From Candidatus Dojkabacteria bacterium (lineage in GTDB: Bacteria; Patescibacteriota; Dojkabacteria; B142; WJKM01), in NCBI GenBank assembly GCA_014729085.1, contig WJKM01000008.1, positions 163-64,162 of the forward strand: 64,000 nt of DNA. Direction: 5' to 3'. Shown piece by piece: positions 29,398 through 39,921 of the stretch (position 1 is its first letter; the number at the start of each line of letters is the position of its first letter). A program made the position numbers and the translations under genes. Under the pieces are notes generated by a model. The model was not told where the DNA came from, searched no databases, and saw nothing but the letters and a program-made list of their open reading frames with translations.

Positions 29398-31155
29398 ATG
29401 TTTAGAGTATTAAAAAGCATTTTCCGCTTAATCTACAAATACCGATATGTTTATCTAGCAGCGTTGTTATTAATTGTTATTGCGTCTATATTAACAAATA
29501 TTAGACCTCTAATAATTAGGGAAATTGTAAATGAGATAGAAAATGAGATCTACACAGATGGGTATAAACTTTTTATAATTTTAATATTTATTACTTTTAT
29601 CCAGATAATAATTAGAAGTATAGCAATATATGTATCGGATATTGTTTTATTGAAAGCTACTAAGGATCTAAGGGTGAAGGTATTTGAACATCTCCATAAA
29701 TTAGATTTTGCATATCATTCAGATAAATCTTCAGGTTCCTTAATTAGTTTATTCAAAAGAGGTGAAGGTGCTTTTCTAAGTTTTTATGACCATATAAATC
29801 TGTGGGCTTTAGAAACAATCTTAGATTTTGTTTTTATGACTTTTATTTTTTTCAGCTTGTATCCGAAATTGGTAATTGTATCCGTTTTAACTTTTGTTAT
29901 CAACGCAGTATTTATGGTATTTACTGTAAGATTGAATGTTAAAAAGAGAAAAGAAGTAAACAACTGGGAGGATAAAATAACTGGTATAACGGTTGACAAC
30001 ATGGTTGCGTTTGATACAGTAAAACATTTTGCAAACGAAAGATATGAACAATCAAGACTTGAGAAAATCATAGAAAAATGGAGACAATCTGTTATGCTTT
30101 ACTCCCAAACTTTTAGAGTCATTGATCTTTCTAATGGAGGAATTGTTACCTTGGGAATGTTGACAGTTATAGGGGTTGCACTTTTCGATTTAGTGAATGG
30201 AAATATAAATACTGGAGATTTTGTACTGGCATTAAGTTTTGCAACTTTATTTTTTCCGAAAATGATTCATCTAGTTTTTAATTTCCGAGAAGTAGCAAAA
30301 CACTATGTTGACTTAAAAAGATATCTATCTGTTTTAGAAGAACCGGTACGAATTAAAGAGACGCCTAAACCTATCGCAATAAGAAAATGGAAAGAACTTG
30401 AGCGCGAGAATAAATATGATATTAAAATGCAGGACGTCGATTTTTCTTTTGACGGAAAAGTTGATGTTTTATCGGATATTAATATAGAAATTAAGTCTGG
30501 AGAGTCGGTTGCTTTAGTAGGAAAATCAGGTGCGGGCAAAACCACAATAACTAAGCTTTTGATGAGATTTTATGATCCACAGAAAGGACAAATTAAGATT
30601 GGTGGTATTGATATTAAAGACTTACCTAAAGAGAATTTTAGAAAGAAGATAGGCTTTGTACCTCAGGAAGCAATTCTTTTTAATGATACGATTGGTTATA
30701 ACTTGGCATATGGAAGAGAGGAATTCACAATGAATGAACTTATAGGAGCTGCTAAGATTGCTAATTTACATGATTTCATTAAAAGTCTACCTGAAGGTTT
30801 TCAAACAATTGTTGGAGAAAGAGGGATTAAGCTCTCTGGTGGTCAGAAGCAAAGGCTTGCAATTGCTCGAGTTGTAATGGAGAATGCCCCAATTATTATA
30901 TTTGACGAAGCAACAAGTAATCTAGATTCAGAATCTGAAAAGATGATACAGGAGGCATTTTGGAATATTGCAAAAACTAAAACGACAATCATAATTGCAC
31001 ATCGGCTTTCTACAGTTAGGAAATCAGATCGAATAATTGTTATGGATTCAGGTAAGATTGTGGAAATTGGAACTCATAAGCAGCTTACAAATAAACAATC
31101 AGGTATCTATAAACATCTTTGGGAGTTGCAAACAAGCGGAGAGTTGAGTGAATAA
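29398..31155 (+). CDS. ABC exporter, fused permease/ATPase
   Basis: TM domain, GKSGAGKT, LSGGQKQR, FDEATS, IAHRLST. Confidence 0.95.
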   Translation: MFRVLKSIFRLIYKYRYVYLAALLLIVIASILTNIRPLIIREIVNEIENEIYTDGYKLFIILIFITFIQIIIRSIAIYVSDIVLLKATKDLRVKVFEHLHKLDFAYHSDKSSGSLISLFKRGEGAFLSFYDHINLWALETILDFVFMTFIFFSLYPKLVIVSVLTFVINAVFMVFTVRLNVKKRKEVNNWEDKITGITVDNMVAFDTVKHFANERYEQSRLEKIIEKWRQSVMLYSQTFRVIDLSNGGIVTLGMLTVIGVALFDLVNGNINTGDFVLALSFATLFFPKMIHLVFNFREVAKHYVDLKRYLSVLEEPVRIKETPKPIAIRKWKELERENKYDIKMQDVDFSFDGKVDVLSDINIEIKSGESVALVGKSGAGKTTITKLLMRFYDPQKGQIKIGGIDIKDLPKENFRKKIGFVPQEAILFNDTIGYNLAYGREEFTMNELIGAAKIANLHDFIKSLPEGFQTIVGERGIKLSGGQKQRLAIARVVMENAPIIIFDEATSNLDSESEKMIQEAFWNIAKTKTTIIIAHRLSTVRKSDRIIVMDSGKIVEIGTHKQLTNKQSGIYKHLWELQTSGELSE

Positions 31156-31292
31156 GTATCCTAGGTAGATCTGTTTCATGAATAGAAAGAAGTTTACTAG
31201 TTGTGTACTAAGGATTTGGTGATTTTAAGCCCATTTAATTTTTGATTGGATTGTTATTGTTTTATTTATAATTCTTATTTAGTTAATAAAGA

Positions 31293-31892
31293 ATGAAATA
31301 TATTTTAGTACGACATGGAGAAACGAAGGAAAATAAAGAAGGTATTTTTCAAGGTCAAAATGATGGAACCCTGACTAGAAAGGGTTTAGAACAAACAGAG
31401 AGAGTTGCTTCAAGACTTAAAAAGGAGAAAATTGATGCGATATTTTCGAGTGATTTAGGTAGAACAGCATATATGGCTAGAACTATTGGGAAGTATCATC
31501 CAGAAATACCTATATATTTTAATAAAAAGTTAAGAGAGAGGGATTTAGGAAGTTTTGTTGGTAAAAAGAAATCTTTAGTTGATTGGATGAATCCGCCACC
31601 TGATATAGAAACTAAAGAAGAGATGAGATATCGTCTTTCTCAGATTTTTAGAAAAATTTGTGAAGCGGATTTTGGTCAAAATATACTTTTCGTAGGTCAC
31701 AGTGGCACAAACAAACTACTCATAACTTTAATATTAGACAAACCTCTAAGCTATCTTGCAAAGATAGAGTCCCAACCAAATGCTTCAATTACAATCATAA
31801 GTGATGATGGTGAGGGAAATAACGAAATTCAAACTTTAAATGATATTAGTTATTTAAATGAAGGGGAGAAAGATATTTATTTCTCCCCTTAG
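31293..31892 (+). CDS. Histidine phosphatase family protein
   Basis: LVRHGET, SSDLGR, LRER..G, VGHSG. Confidence 0.9.
   Translation: MKYILVRHGETKENKEGIFQGQNDGTLTRKGLEQTERVASRLKKEKIDAIFSSDLGRTAYMARTIGKYHPEIPIYFNKKLRERDLGSFVGKKKSLVDWMNPPPDIETKEEMRYRLSQIFRKICEADFGQNILFVGHSGTNKLLITLILDKPLSYLAKIESQPNASITIISDDGEGNNEIQTLNDISYLNEGEKDIYFSP
31861..31890. terminator. Hairpin between convergent genes, probable terminator
   Basis: aaggggagaaa/tttctcccctt 11-bp inverted repeat. Confidence 0.6.
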
Positions 31893-31903
31893 ACGATTTA
31901 AAC

Positions 31904-32563
31904 CTAGTTCAATTGGAACATACTCATAGCAGATTGAAGGTCTTGAATTTCCTCTTTTGTACTATCTTCTTCGTAAGCTGTTGCGGCGGTATATATTGTT
32001 GATTCATCAGCTTTCCATAGAGCTTTAGTTTCGATTACCATGATGAAACCATCTCCCATATCAGCGGTTACCTTCGAAGTACACATTTCAGTTCCACCCT
32101 TTGAAGAATGTTCAGAGGATAGTATTTCACCAGTATAGACTGAGGATACTCCATTAGCCATTTCATCGCAAGCATTCTTGTCCCCCTCACCTATTTCTGA
32201 TCCAAGATCCATTTGGTTGGCTCCAATATTATTAGCACCACCAAGGTCATTCATCTCAGTTGATCGGAAGGATAGTTCTTGTTGAGGGTTATCATAGGCT
32301 TCATAGTAGCTTGGATAGTAAAAAGTGTATCCATCTCCAGCTGTAGAGTCAAGATTCTCATTATCTGTCTCAACCTCTTCAGAATCGTCTGCATCCATAT
32401 CTTCCTCGTCCTCAATATCTGCTTCGGTTTCAATTGGAGTTTCGTCTTCTGGGTTTCTGTCCGTTGTATCATCTGATCCAGGTGTACAACCTAAAACAAG
32501 AAAAGCAAGAAGAGCAACGAAAATTGCAAGCACTATGCTTAATCGTTTCTTTTTGATTTGCAT
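31904..32563 (-). CDS. Lipoprotein with acidic linker and PsbP-like C-terminal domain
   Basis: KKKR N-region, LVLG-C lipobox; GYTFYYP domain start. Confidence 0.7.
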   Translation of the reverse strand: MQIKKKRLSIVLAIFVALLAFLVLGCTPGSDDTTDRNPEDETPIETEADIEDEEDMDADDSEEVETDNENLDSTAGDGYTFYYPSYYEAYDNPQQELSFRSTEMNDLGGANNIGANQMDLGSEIGEGDKNACDEMANGVSSVYTGEILSSEHSSKGGTEMCTSKVTADMGDGFIMVIETKALWKADESTIYTAATAYEEDSTKEEIQDLQSAMSMFQLN

Positions 32564-32640
32564 TTAAATTATTTAAAAATTAAATTAGCTTCTTTCTGCT
32601 AGTTATTTACTAATATTAGCAGATTAGATTAAGAAAAGCA

Positions 32641-32700
32641 CATAATCCTCGCTACGCTCGGAATTATTTGCCTTCATCCCGTAAAACAGGATTTCGGCAG
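32641..32700. repeat. GC-rich double hairpin, REP-like extragenic element
   Basis: ataatcc-tcgctacgctc-ggaattat followed by tgcc..atcc-cgtaaaaca-ggat..ggca; single copy in window. Confidence 0.35.
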
Positions 32701-32760
32701 CTTGTATGTAAAAATGTAAATTTTACAAAATTTCTAATTTCCGTAACAAGCAACTATGTA

Positions 32761-34416
32761 TTATACATTAGTAAATTCATAGACTCGTTTTAGTATTTGT
32801 TGGTATGAAGGATGATCCTCTTTTAGTTTTTTAGGTTGCCAATATACGCACCCCTTAGATTCGTCAGCTGTATAGACTTCTTCTAAATCAATTTTTTCAT
32901 CGAGTAAGGCTTGGGTTATATCAGTTGACGTTTGATGATAACCACATATTTGGTGGGGTATTAATTCGATGTTTTTTAATTTTTCATTATAGTAATGAAG
33001 ATTTACTGCTATACCTTGTCTTGTTTCGAGTTCATGAGTTTGGTCAAATATAAAATTTCCAAGGCTGTAAATTATGGGAGTATTTTTGTAAAATTCAATA
33101 CTTTGCACCCAATGAGGATGGCTACCAATTATTAAATCAGCCCCATTGTCAACGAGAGCATGAGCGAGTTCGATTTGATGTTTGGTTGGTTTATTCGTAT
33201 ATTCGACTCCCCAGCTCATGTAAATTATGGAGTAGTCAGCATTATACCCATAATCTGCTTCTTGTGATTTTAATCTTTTAATTGCTTCAACGTTTGTTTT
33301 ATTTACAGACAGCATACTCTCAGAAATTTTTGAAAAGGTATAAGTACCATATCTTTCATTTTTATCTATAGGTTCTGGAAGTCCAGTTTCTGGGTTCTCT
33401 TTAAAATTCCAAGGCCAAGTGGGTATCCAGTAGTAGGAAGCAACATCTTCAGCTCCAATCATTGCATATGTTTTCCCATTTAAAGTTTTTGTCGCAATAT
33501 TTAAGTTATTAGATGGTGATACTTTGGTACTTATGAAACCTGTACCGGTGACTTCAATAGTATTTTTTTCTAATAGTTCAATAGTATTTTGCATCGCTTT
33601 TTGACCAGCATCTCCAGCATGATTTCCTGCAGTTGAAATGAAATCGAATCCTACTTCTCCGAGACCTTCTGCTACTTTCTCATCCCCAGTAAACATCATA
33701 CACCCGGTGCATGGGGTTGGATCTCCAAGAAGCGAATTTTCCAGTAGAGCAATTGAAATATCTGCAGATTCAATGTCTTTTCTGAAAAAATCGAAAAGAT
33801 ATGTGTAGTCTTCATATTTATTTAATCCTAAACGATCCACTGCTCTGGCCGGTATGATTTCTCCTGCAGCAAAAAAAGTCATAATTTGTTCACGGTCTGT
33901 AATGTAATCCTCATTAATTTCTTGGTATCTTTTTATTGTATTCTGTAAAGGATATTTAGACGCTTGAAATCCTTCCGACCAGAAATATTGATTGTCGATA
34001 CTTATAGTTTTGTAATTAGGTTTAACTTGGCTAGGTGTCAACAATGCAATATTCCCTTTCTCTAATTCCGTTTCAATTTCAGAATAGTCAACTATTGAAA
34101 CAAGGTTTATTAATTTATTTGGAAGAAATTCTTTATTTATATATGGGGTTATAAGATTTTGTTTTTTAAGTTCAGAATAAGTGTAGTTGTTTTTGGGATT
34201 GGTAAATTTTGTAACTGCTAGAAAAAAAATGTTGTAATTTTTAAGATTATCTTCGATTTCTCTCAGGTACACTGCCTTTTCGTTTTCAATATCTATCATT
34301 GCCTTCCCTTTTTCTTGAATGAAAAAAAATATTAAAACAACAAAGCTTGCACCTATTACAATTAGTAAAATTGTTTTAATAACTTTCTTAATGTTTACTG
34401 ATTTATATTCACGCAA
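32761..34416 (-). CDS. CapA family metallophosphatase-fold protein
   Basis: AAGEII, LENS, TAGNH..D.G, WGVEY, IIGSHPHW.Q, YSLGNFIFDQ. Confidence 0.88.
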   Translation of the reverse strand: MREYKSVNIKKVIKTILLIVIGASFVVLIFFFIQEKGKAMIDIENEKAVYLREIEDNLKNYNIFFLAVTKFTNPKNNYTYSELKKQNLITPYINKEFLPNKLINLVSIVDYSEIETELEKGNIALLTPSQVKPNYKTISIDNQYFWSEGFQASKYPLQNTIKRYQEINEDYITDREQIMTFFAAGEIIPARAVDRLGLNKYEDYTYLFDFFRKDIESADISIALLENSLLGDPTPCTGCMMFTGDEKVAEGLGEVGFDFISTAGNHAGDAGQKAMQNTIELLEKNTIEVTGTGFISTKVSPSNNLNIATKTLNGKTYAMIGAEDVASYYWIPTWPWNFKENPETGLPEPIDKNERYGTYTFSKISESMLSVNKTNVEAIKRLKSQEADYGYNADYSIIYMSWGVEYTNKPTKHQIELAHALVDNGADLIIGSHPHWVQSIEFYKNTPIIYSLGNFIFDQTHELETRQGIAVNLHYYNEKLKNIELIPHQICGYHQTSTDITQALLDEKIDLEEVYTADESKGCVYWQPKKLKEDHPSYQQILKRVYEFTNV

Positions 34417-35462
34417 GGATTTGAATTTGCAAAATTAATATTTTCTTTTTCAACAAACTTTTTAATCTGCATATTGATTTCATCCTTAGTATTAATGAAA
34501 TCGTTGAAATTGTCGTTTTTCATATAATAGACAACTTCTGTAATAATTGAATATTGATTAATTTCTGAGATAGTAACTCTAATATTGTCTTTTTCCGTCA
34601 TTTTTTGATTATTAATAATTTCTGAGATGCGCGTCTTGAGATGAGAAATTTTTTGACTTTCAGTATTTGTATCTAGATATAGATTGAAGCTAACTCTACG
34701 TTTATCTCTATTACTAAAATTATATATTCTGGAATTTAAAATATCATCGTTTGGAATAAGTAGGTCTTCCCCGCTTATAGTTTTAATAGAGGTATTTTTG
34801 AACCCAATTTTTTCTACAGTTCCCTTTTGGTCTTTATCAAGTTTGATAAAGTCTCCAATTTTGAAAGGTTTATTGACGAGTATAATAAATCCACTAAAAA
34901 TATCTTTGAGAATATTCTGTACAGCTAGTGCTATTGCAACACCTCCTACTCCTATACTTGTGATTAAGGAACTAATGTCATAACCGATGTTTGAGAGGAA
35001 TAATAATATACCAAGAATCCAAACTACAATTATCAAAAATTTTGAAATGAAAGTATACAATGATCTGGACTCTGGATGTTGCGGTTCATGTTCTTCTGCA
35101 TAGGATTCAAAAAAGGCTTTGATTGCACCTTGAACTAAGAAAATAATCTGAAGAGTTAAGGCAGATTGGAAAACTAACGTTAAAAGTGTGTTCAAGCGTG
35201 CTTCGATTTTTAATGAGAAAGATATTAGATATCCAATGAGAATTAATAATAAAGGAAATTTAATTTGTTTTAATATCTCCATTAAAAATTTATTAATTCT
35301 AGAACCTGTTAGCAAAGTTTTTGTTTTTTGTTTCTTGATTAAATAATTCAGATAAATACGAAGCAATATTATAAACAAGAGTAAAAAAAGAATTGTGTTT
35401 AAAAGATCACGGGTAAGGTAAATCGAAATTTGTTTTTGAATCTGATAGGCTATTTCTGTCAT
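34395..35462 (-). CDS. Small-conductance mechanosensitive channel (MscS family)
   Basis: GVGGVAIALAVQ, KPFKIGDFI, GTVEKIG, IPN. Confidence 0.92.
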   Translation of the reverse strand: MTEIAYQIQKQISIYLTRDLLNTILFLLLFIILLRIYLNYLIKKQKTKTLLTGSRINKFLMEILKQIKFPLLLILIGYLISFSLKIEARLNTLLTLVFQSALTLQIIFLVQGAIKAFFESYAEEHEPQHPESRSLYTFISKFLIIVVWILGILLFLSNIGYDISSLITSIGVGGVAIALAVQNILKDIFSGFIILVNKPFKIGDFIKLDKDQKGTVEKIGFKNTSIKTISGEDLLIPNDDILNSRIYNFSNRDKRRVSFNLYLDTNTESQKISHLKTRISEIINNQKMTEKDNIRVTISEINQYSIITEVVYYMKNDNFNDFINTKDEINMQIKKFVEKENINFANSNPCVNINQ

Positions 35463-35575
35463 GGTTTTTCTAGAAACTAAAAATTTACTAGTTATTATAT
35501 ATTAATCTAAATTTCTTGTTATATAAAGTTTAGCAGGTTAGAATTATTTAATATTTATTTAAGGTAGAGTTAGTT

Positions 35576-36739
35576 ATGAAGAATGACTTCAAGACTATAT
35601 CATTTGCTCATGCATCTTATGGAGTTCTTTCAAAGTTAATTAGTATTTTTGGTATTGTATTTTTTTATAAAATATTTGATTTTTCTCTATCTAAGACCTT
35701 ATTTCTTTTCGGTGTAATTTTTACATCTTATGGAATTTTAGTTAGATATTCTACCGGGATGCTGGGGAAGATAGGAATGAGCAAAAGTGCCCGTTTTGGT
35801 TTGATTGCATTTGGTCTCACTTTTTGCTGTCTTGCTCTTTTTGATAAAACTCAAAATACTCTATTTTTATTATTATTTATAATATCTAATGTACTTGGAA
35901 AATTGTTTTATCACATACCTTCACAAATTTTTAGAGTTGAGACCATAAAAAGCGGAGAGTTGGGAGATAAATTGGGTTTTATGAAGATCTTGTGGGATAT
36001 TGTCGGATTTTTAACACCAATAGCAGGAGGTTTTTTAAGTGAATACCTTGGAAGTGTAGGACTTCTGATATTAGTTTTTATTGCCTTGGTACCGTCAATG
36101 TATTTTTATTCCAAATTAGAAAATATTAAATATAACTTTACATTAAAGTCAGGACATTTTTTTAAGGATAGAACATATAGGAATTTACTGAAGCTTTCAT
36201 TTATTGCAAGTTTTCAGAATCCTGTAATTTATATTTGGCCTATCTGGATATTTGTTAGTTTGAATTCAAGTTTTAAAAATTTAGGAATCTTTTCTTCAAT
36301 TGTAATGTTTTTTTCATTAATCTTAATAAAAATTTTTGGTAAATATCTGGACAAACACAACAAAAAAGATGCATTAATTAAATTGATTTTTTTTAGAGGG
36401 CTTGATTTTATTTTGAAATTTCTAAGTATTAACCAAATTATTTTATTTGTATCTGATATATATGGAAAAATCAATCGAGCATTGTTCTCAATTGCACATG
36501 ATACATATCTTTTTAGTTGGTACGAACACCATGATTCAAAACAGCTGTTTGATGAGAGAATTGCACTAAGGGAATTTGCATTGAATATTTTAATAGGTTT
36601 GTATTTGCTTTCATTATCATTCTTGAATTTATTTTTTTACTTTTCCATCAATTCAATTTTTCTGCTGTTTGGAATAATATATTTTATATTATATTTGAAA
36701 TTTGAATTGTGGGATAGTTTTAGAAATGAAGGTTCCTAA
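35576..36739 (+). CDS. MFS-type transporter
   Basis: About 12 hydrophobic segments; PIAGGFL; GKYLDK. Confidence 0.7.
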   Translation: MKNDFKTISFAHASYGVLSKLISIFGIVFFYKIFDFSLSKTLFLFGVIFTSYGILVRYSTGMLGKIGMSKSARFGLIAFGLTFCCLALFDKTQNTLFLLLFIISNVLGKLFYHIPSQIFRVETIKSGELGDKLGFMKILWDIVGFLTPIAGGFLSEYLGSVGLLILVFIALVPSMYFYSKLENIKYNFTLKSGHFFKDRTYRNLLKLSFIASFQNPVIYIWPIWIFVSLNSSFKNLGIFSSIVMFFSLILIKIFGKYLDKHNKKDALIKLIFFRGLDFILKFLSINQIILFVSDIYGKINRALFSIAHDTYLFSWYEHHDSKQLFDERIALREFALNILIGLYLLSLSFLNLFFYFSINSIFLLFGIIYFILYLKFELWDSFRNEGS

Positions 36740-39700
36740 TTTTTTTCATAACTTCTTTGATAAGCTTCTTCAGATTTTCAATATCTTGCCGAGGAATTTC
36801 GAAGCTAACTTTTTTGAAATCCTTTTTTTTGCTTTTTATGAAGTCAAGTTCGCATTTTCTAACTACATATGGAAATCTGGAATCAAGTTCAGAAATTAAC
36901 TTATAAAATACAAGTTGCCGATATAGATTTGATTTTTCATCTCCATCTATTGGCTTTGTTATTACGCCTTTAGTCTTAGGTTTGCTCGTTTTATAATCGA
37001 TAACTTTCACCTGTTTTGAGGTCTTATCAATCCATTCAATTTTATCTATCTTTGCGATTAGAGGAATATCTCCAAGATAAACTCCACTACCGTAGAAACT
37101 ATATTCTAAGGCAACTGGAATGACAAAATCATCTTTATAATAGTCGTACCAGTTGGAAAGGATATCATTTCCCTCAGATAGTGTTTCTTCAAACTCTTCA
37201 TGCCCTAGAAATTCTTTTTGTAGAGTCTTTTTAAAAAATTCAAGTAATATAGATTTATCTAGAATCTTATTGGAATTTTGTTTTGAAGAACGCATATAAT
37301 TTCTAAAAAAGAATTCCAATGCTGAATGTACAGCTGTTCCTAAGGCCTGGCCTTTTGTTTTGACTTTAGGCATTCGTAATAAATTATTATAAAGAAACTT
37401 TTGAGGATCCTCTAAATAATTATTTAGGGCTGTAACTGATAATTTGAAATCTTTAAGTATTTCTTTTAGATATATTCTTTCTTTTTTGTCCAGATTTAAT
37501 TTTGTTGGGGTGTTAAATTCTAGAAGTAGGACATCTTCTATTGTATTTTCTAAATCTTGAGTATCTGTTTTGTGAATTAAGTTTTTGTCCAGTTCTTCTA
37601 AAAATTGCGAGGGTGTTGCCTGTGAAGTTCGTTGATCCTTATTGTATTCTTCGGAAAAGCTTAAAAATATTTTGTTTTTTGCTCTTGTTAAGGCAACATA
37701 AAAAAGACGTCTCTCTTCTTCAAGTTTTTCTTTTTTGTCTATTCCTGGTAATAACTCTATCAAGTCAGGTTTTTCTATATTCTCTGTTGACTTATGATTT
37801 AAATTAGTATTAATAAGTTTAATTTTGTTTATAACCCGCATGTTGCTCCAAGTTTTCTCTATTACTTTTGGTATAAAGATATGTTCGAATTCGAGACCCT
37901 TTGCTGCATGAGCAGTAAGCATATTAACTCCTTTGTCCTGTGATTTAAATGTTTCTTTTTCAAGTTTGATATTTGCTTCTTCAAGAACATCACAGTCTTT
38001 TAGAAAGTTAGGCATTTTGTAATCTTTTTTCTCTCTAGTTCTGGTTTTTATAAAATCAAAAATTGTTTTTAAAGAATTTAGATCATCTAAATTTTTTGTA
38101 GACTTTATGAATTTCAAAAGGTTTGATTCATTAATTACTAAGTCAAAAAATTGTACAAAAGAGAGGTTTTGGTCAGCTTGTTTCCACTCAAGCATTTTTT
38201 CAGCTAGTTTCTTTATTTCTTTTGAGTGTTGAATTCCTGCCTCCTGGAGTAAGTTTTCATCTAACATACAATCAAATAGGGTTTTGTTTCTAATTTTTTT
38301 ATTGTATCCAACAAATCGATACAGTTTGAATACATCCAATCTATTTAGTTCTAAAAAATTAAAAAGAAGTATATCTATTAAATGGTCATTTATGTTCGGA
38401 TTATCAATTGCTTTAAATAGTTTAATAAGCTGAACTATAATTTCTTCTTCAAGGATGTTGCTTTTTGCAATCAAGTTAACAGGTATATCTGATCTTAATA
38501 AAAAGTCAAGAATTTCTTCTCCATCTGAATGTTTCCTGTAGATTATGGCTATTTCATTTGGATCTGTCCCCTTTTTAATTAAGGATTTGATTTTTTCACA
38601 GATAGCAAAGTATTCTATTTCGTTCCTTGAAAATTTGGACAAGACTATTGCCTCTTGGTTATCTGTCTGACGTCCGGAAGTCAAATTTTTATCCAGTTTT
38701 TTTATTTTATTTGTCAAACGTTGAGAATTTTTTTTGATTAGGGAGGAAGCAAAATCTATGATTTGTTGATTTGATCTGTAGTTTGTATGAATAGTTATTA
38801 CTTTTGATCTTGGATAAGTCTGCTTGAATTCTAGTATGTTTTCTAGATTGGCACCTTGAAATCTATATATTGACTGATCATCGTCTCCTACAACAAATAT
38901 ATTTGGATAATCATCCCAGCTTCCTAAAGTCTTAATAACTTCATTTTGTGCTCCATTAGTATCTTGGTATTCATCAACCAAAATATATAGATATTGCTCT
39001 TGATAGTAAGCAAGTAGTTCATCGTCGGTTTTCAATTTATCAGTTACAAAGGAAATCATATCTGTAAAGTCATATTTACCTTTCTCTTTTAAGTTTTTTT
39101 CATACAATTTATATAAATTTAGTAATTCAATATTTTTTGATATATCTTTATATGCTTTTGACCACTTCCCATAAGGTTTATTAGTTCTTGGATTGATTTT
39201 TTTTAGTTCATTAAATACTTTGATTGTTTGAATTATCATGTTTTCAAATTTTTCTATATTTATATATTCCCTTTTTAAGGTGGAAATGAGATGAACGATA
39301 TCCTTCTGGTAATAAAAAGGTGCATAGAATGGTTTTAAAATTTTCTTGTTAGAATTCTTTAAGTCTTTTTGAATATTTTTGTCTTTAAAATATTTACTGA
39401 ATTTTTTATATGTCTTGGAAGGATCATGATTATCTAATAATTGTTGAATTATTTTGTATTTATCTAATTCATCAAGTTGCGTTAGGTTATTATGAAAGGC
39501 AAATTTTTCCGGAAATGTTTGAATTACTTCGTTACAAAAGCTATGAAAAGTTGATATTTTTACTTTGTATGCATCACTCCCGATAAATTCTATAAGTCTT
39601 TGTCGCATATTGTAAGTAGCTGTTTCGGTAAAGGTCATTGCTAAAATATTTTGCGGTTTGGTATCAGTTTTTTTAAGAATATTGGCAATCCTTAGAGCAA

Positions 39701-39815
39701 GAATTTGCGTCTTCCCAGTTCCTGGACCTGCTACTACTAAAACGGGTCCTTGGAGTGAATCTACAGCTTTCTTTTGATCTTCGTTTAGTTGCTTATAAGC
39801 AGGTTTAAATTTCAT
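36720..39815 (-). CDS. UvrD/AddA-AdnB-like helicase fused to a PD-(D/E)XK nuclease
   Basis: AGPGTGKT, VDEYQD, VGDDDQSIY.F.GA, TAHAAKGLEF, EERRLFYVALTRA; KIDKI...IDYKT...QL.FY. Confidence 0.9.
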   Translation of the reverse strand: MKFKPAYKQLNEDQKKAVDSLQGPVLVVAGPGTGKTQILALRIANILKKTDTKPQNILAMTFTETATYNMRQRLIEFIGSDAYKVKISTFHSFCNEVIQTFPEKFAFHNNLTQLDELDKYKIIQQLLDNHDPSKTYKKFSKYFKDKNIQKDLKNSNKKILKPFYAPFYYQKDIVHLISTLKREYINIEKFENMIIQTIKVFNELKKINPRTNKPYGKWSKAYKDISKNIELLNLYKLYEKNLKEKGKYDFTDMISFVTDKLKTDDELLAYYQEQYLYILVDEYQDTNGAQNEVIKTLGSWDDYPNIFVVGDDDQSIYRFQGANLENILEFKQTYPRSKVITIHTNYRSNQQIIDFASSLIKKNSQRLTNKIKKLDKNLTSGRQTDNQEAIVLSKFSRNEIEYFAICEKIKSLIKKGTDPNEIAIIYRKHSDGEEILDFLLRSDIPVNLIAKSNILEEEIIVQLIKLFKAIDNPNINDHLIDILLFNFLELNRLDVFKLYRFVGYNKKIRNKTLFDCMLDENLLQEAGIQHSKEIKKLAEKMLEWKQADQNLSFVQFFDLVINESNLLKFIKSTKNLDDLNSLKTIFDFIKTRTREKKDYKMPNFLKDCDVLEEANIKLEKETFKSQDKGVNMLTAHAAKGLEFEHIFIPKVIEKTWSNMRVINKIKLINTNLNHKSTENIEKPDLIELLPGIDKKEKLEEERRLFYVALTRAKNKIFLSFSEEYNKDQRTSQATPSQFLEELDKNLIHKTDTQDLENTIEDVLLLEFNTPTKLNLDKKERIYLKEILKDFKLSVTALNNYLEDPQKFLYNNLLRMPKVKTKGQALGTAVHSALEFFFRNYMRSSKQNSNKILDKSILLEFFKKTLQKEFLGHEEFEETLSEGNDILSNWYDYYKDDFVIPVALEYSFYGSGVYLGDIPLIAKIDKIEWIDKTSKQVKVIDYKTSKPKTKGVITKPIDGDEKSNLYRQLVFYKLISELDSRFPYVVRKCELDFIKSKKKDFKKVSFEIPRQDIENLKKLIKEVMKKIRNLHF

Positions 39816-39921
39816 GTTGTATTTCCAACTTTAATTAAAGCTTTACCTTATAGGTAGATGATATTATAATTTGATTAAACAATAAAGCGTAAGAAATAAT
39901 TAAACCTACCAAGGTATCTTC

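Noticed and set aside
31156-31172. cctaggtagat resembling the TACCT/AGGTA element
   Set aside because: Only a partial match, downstream of a gene and lacking the second part
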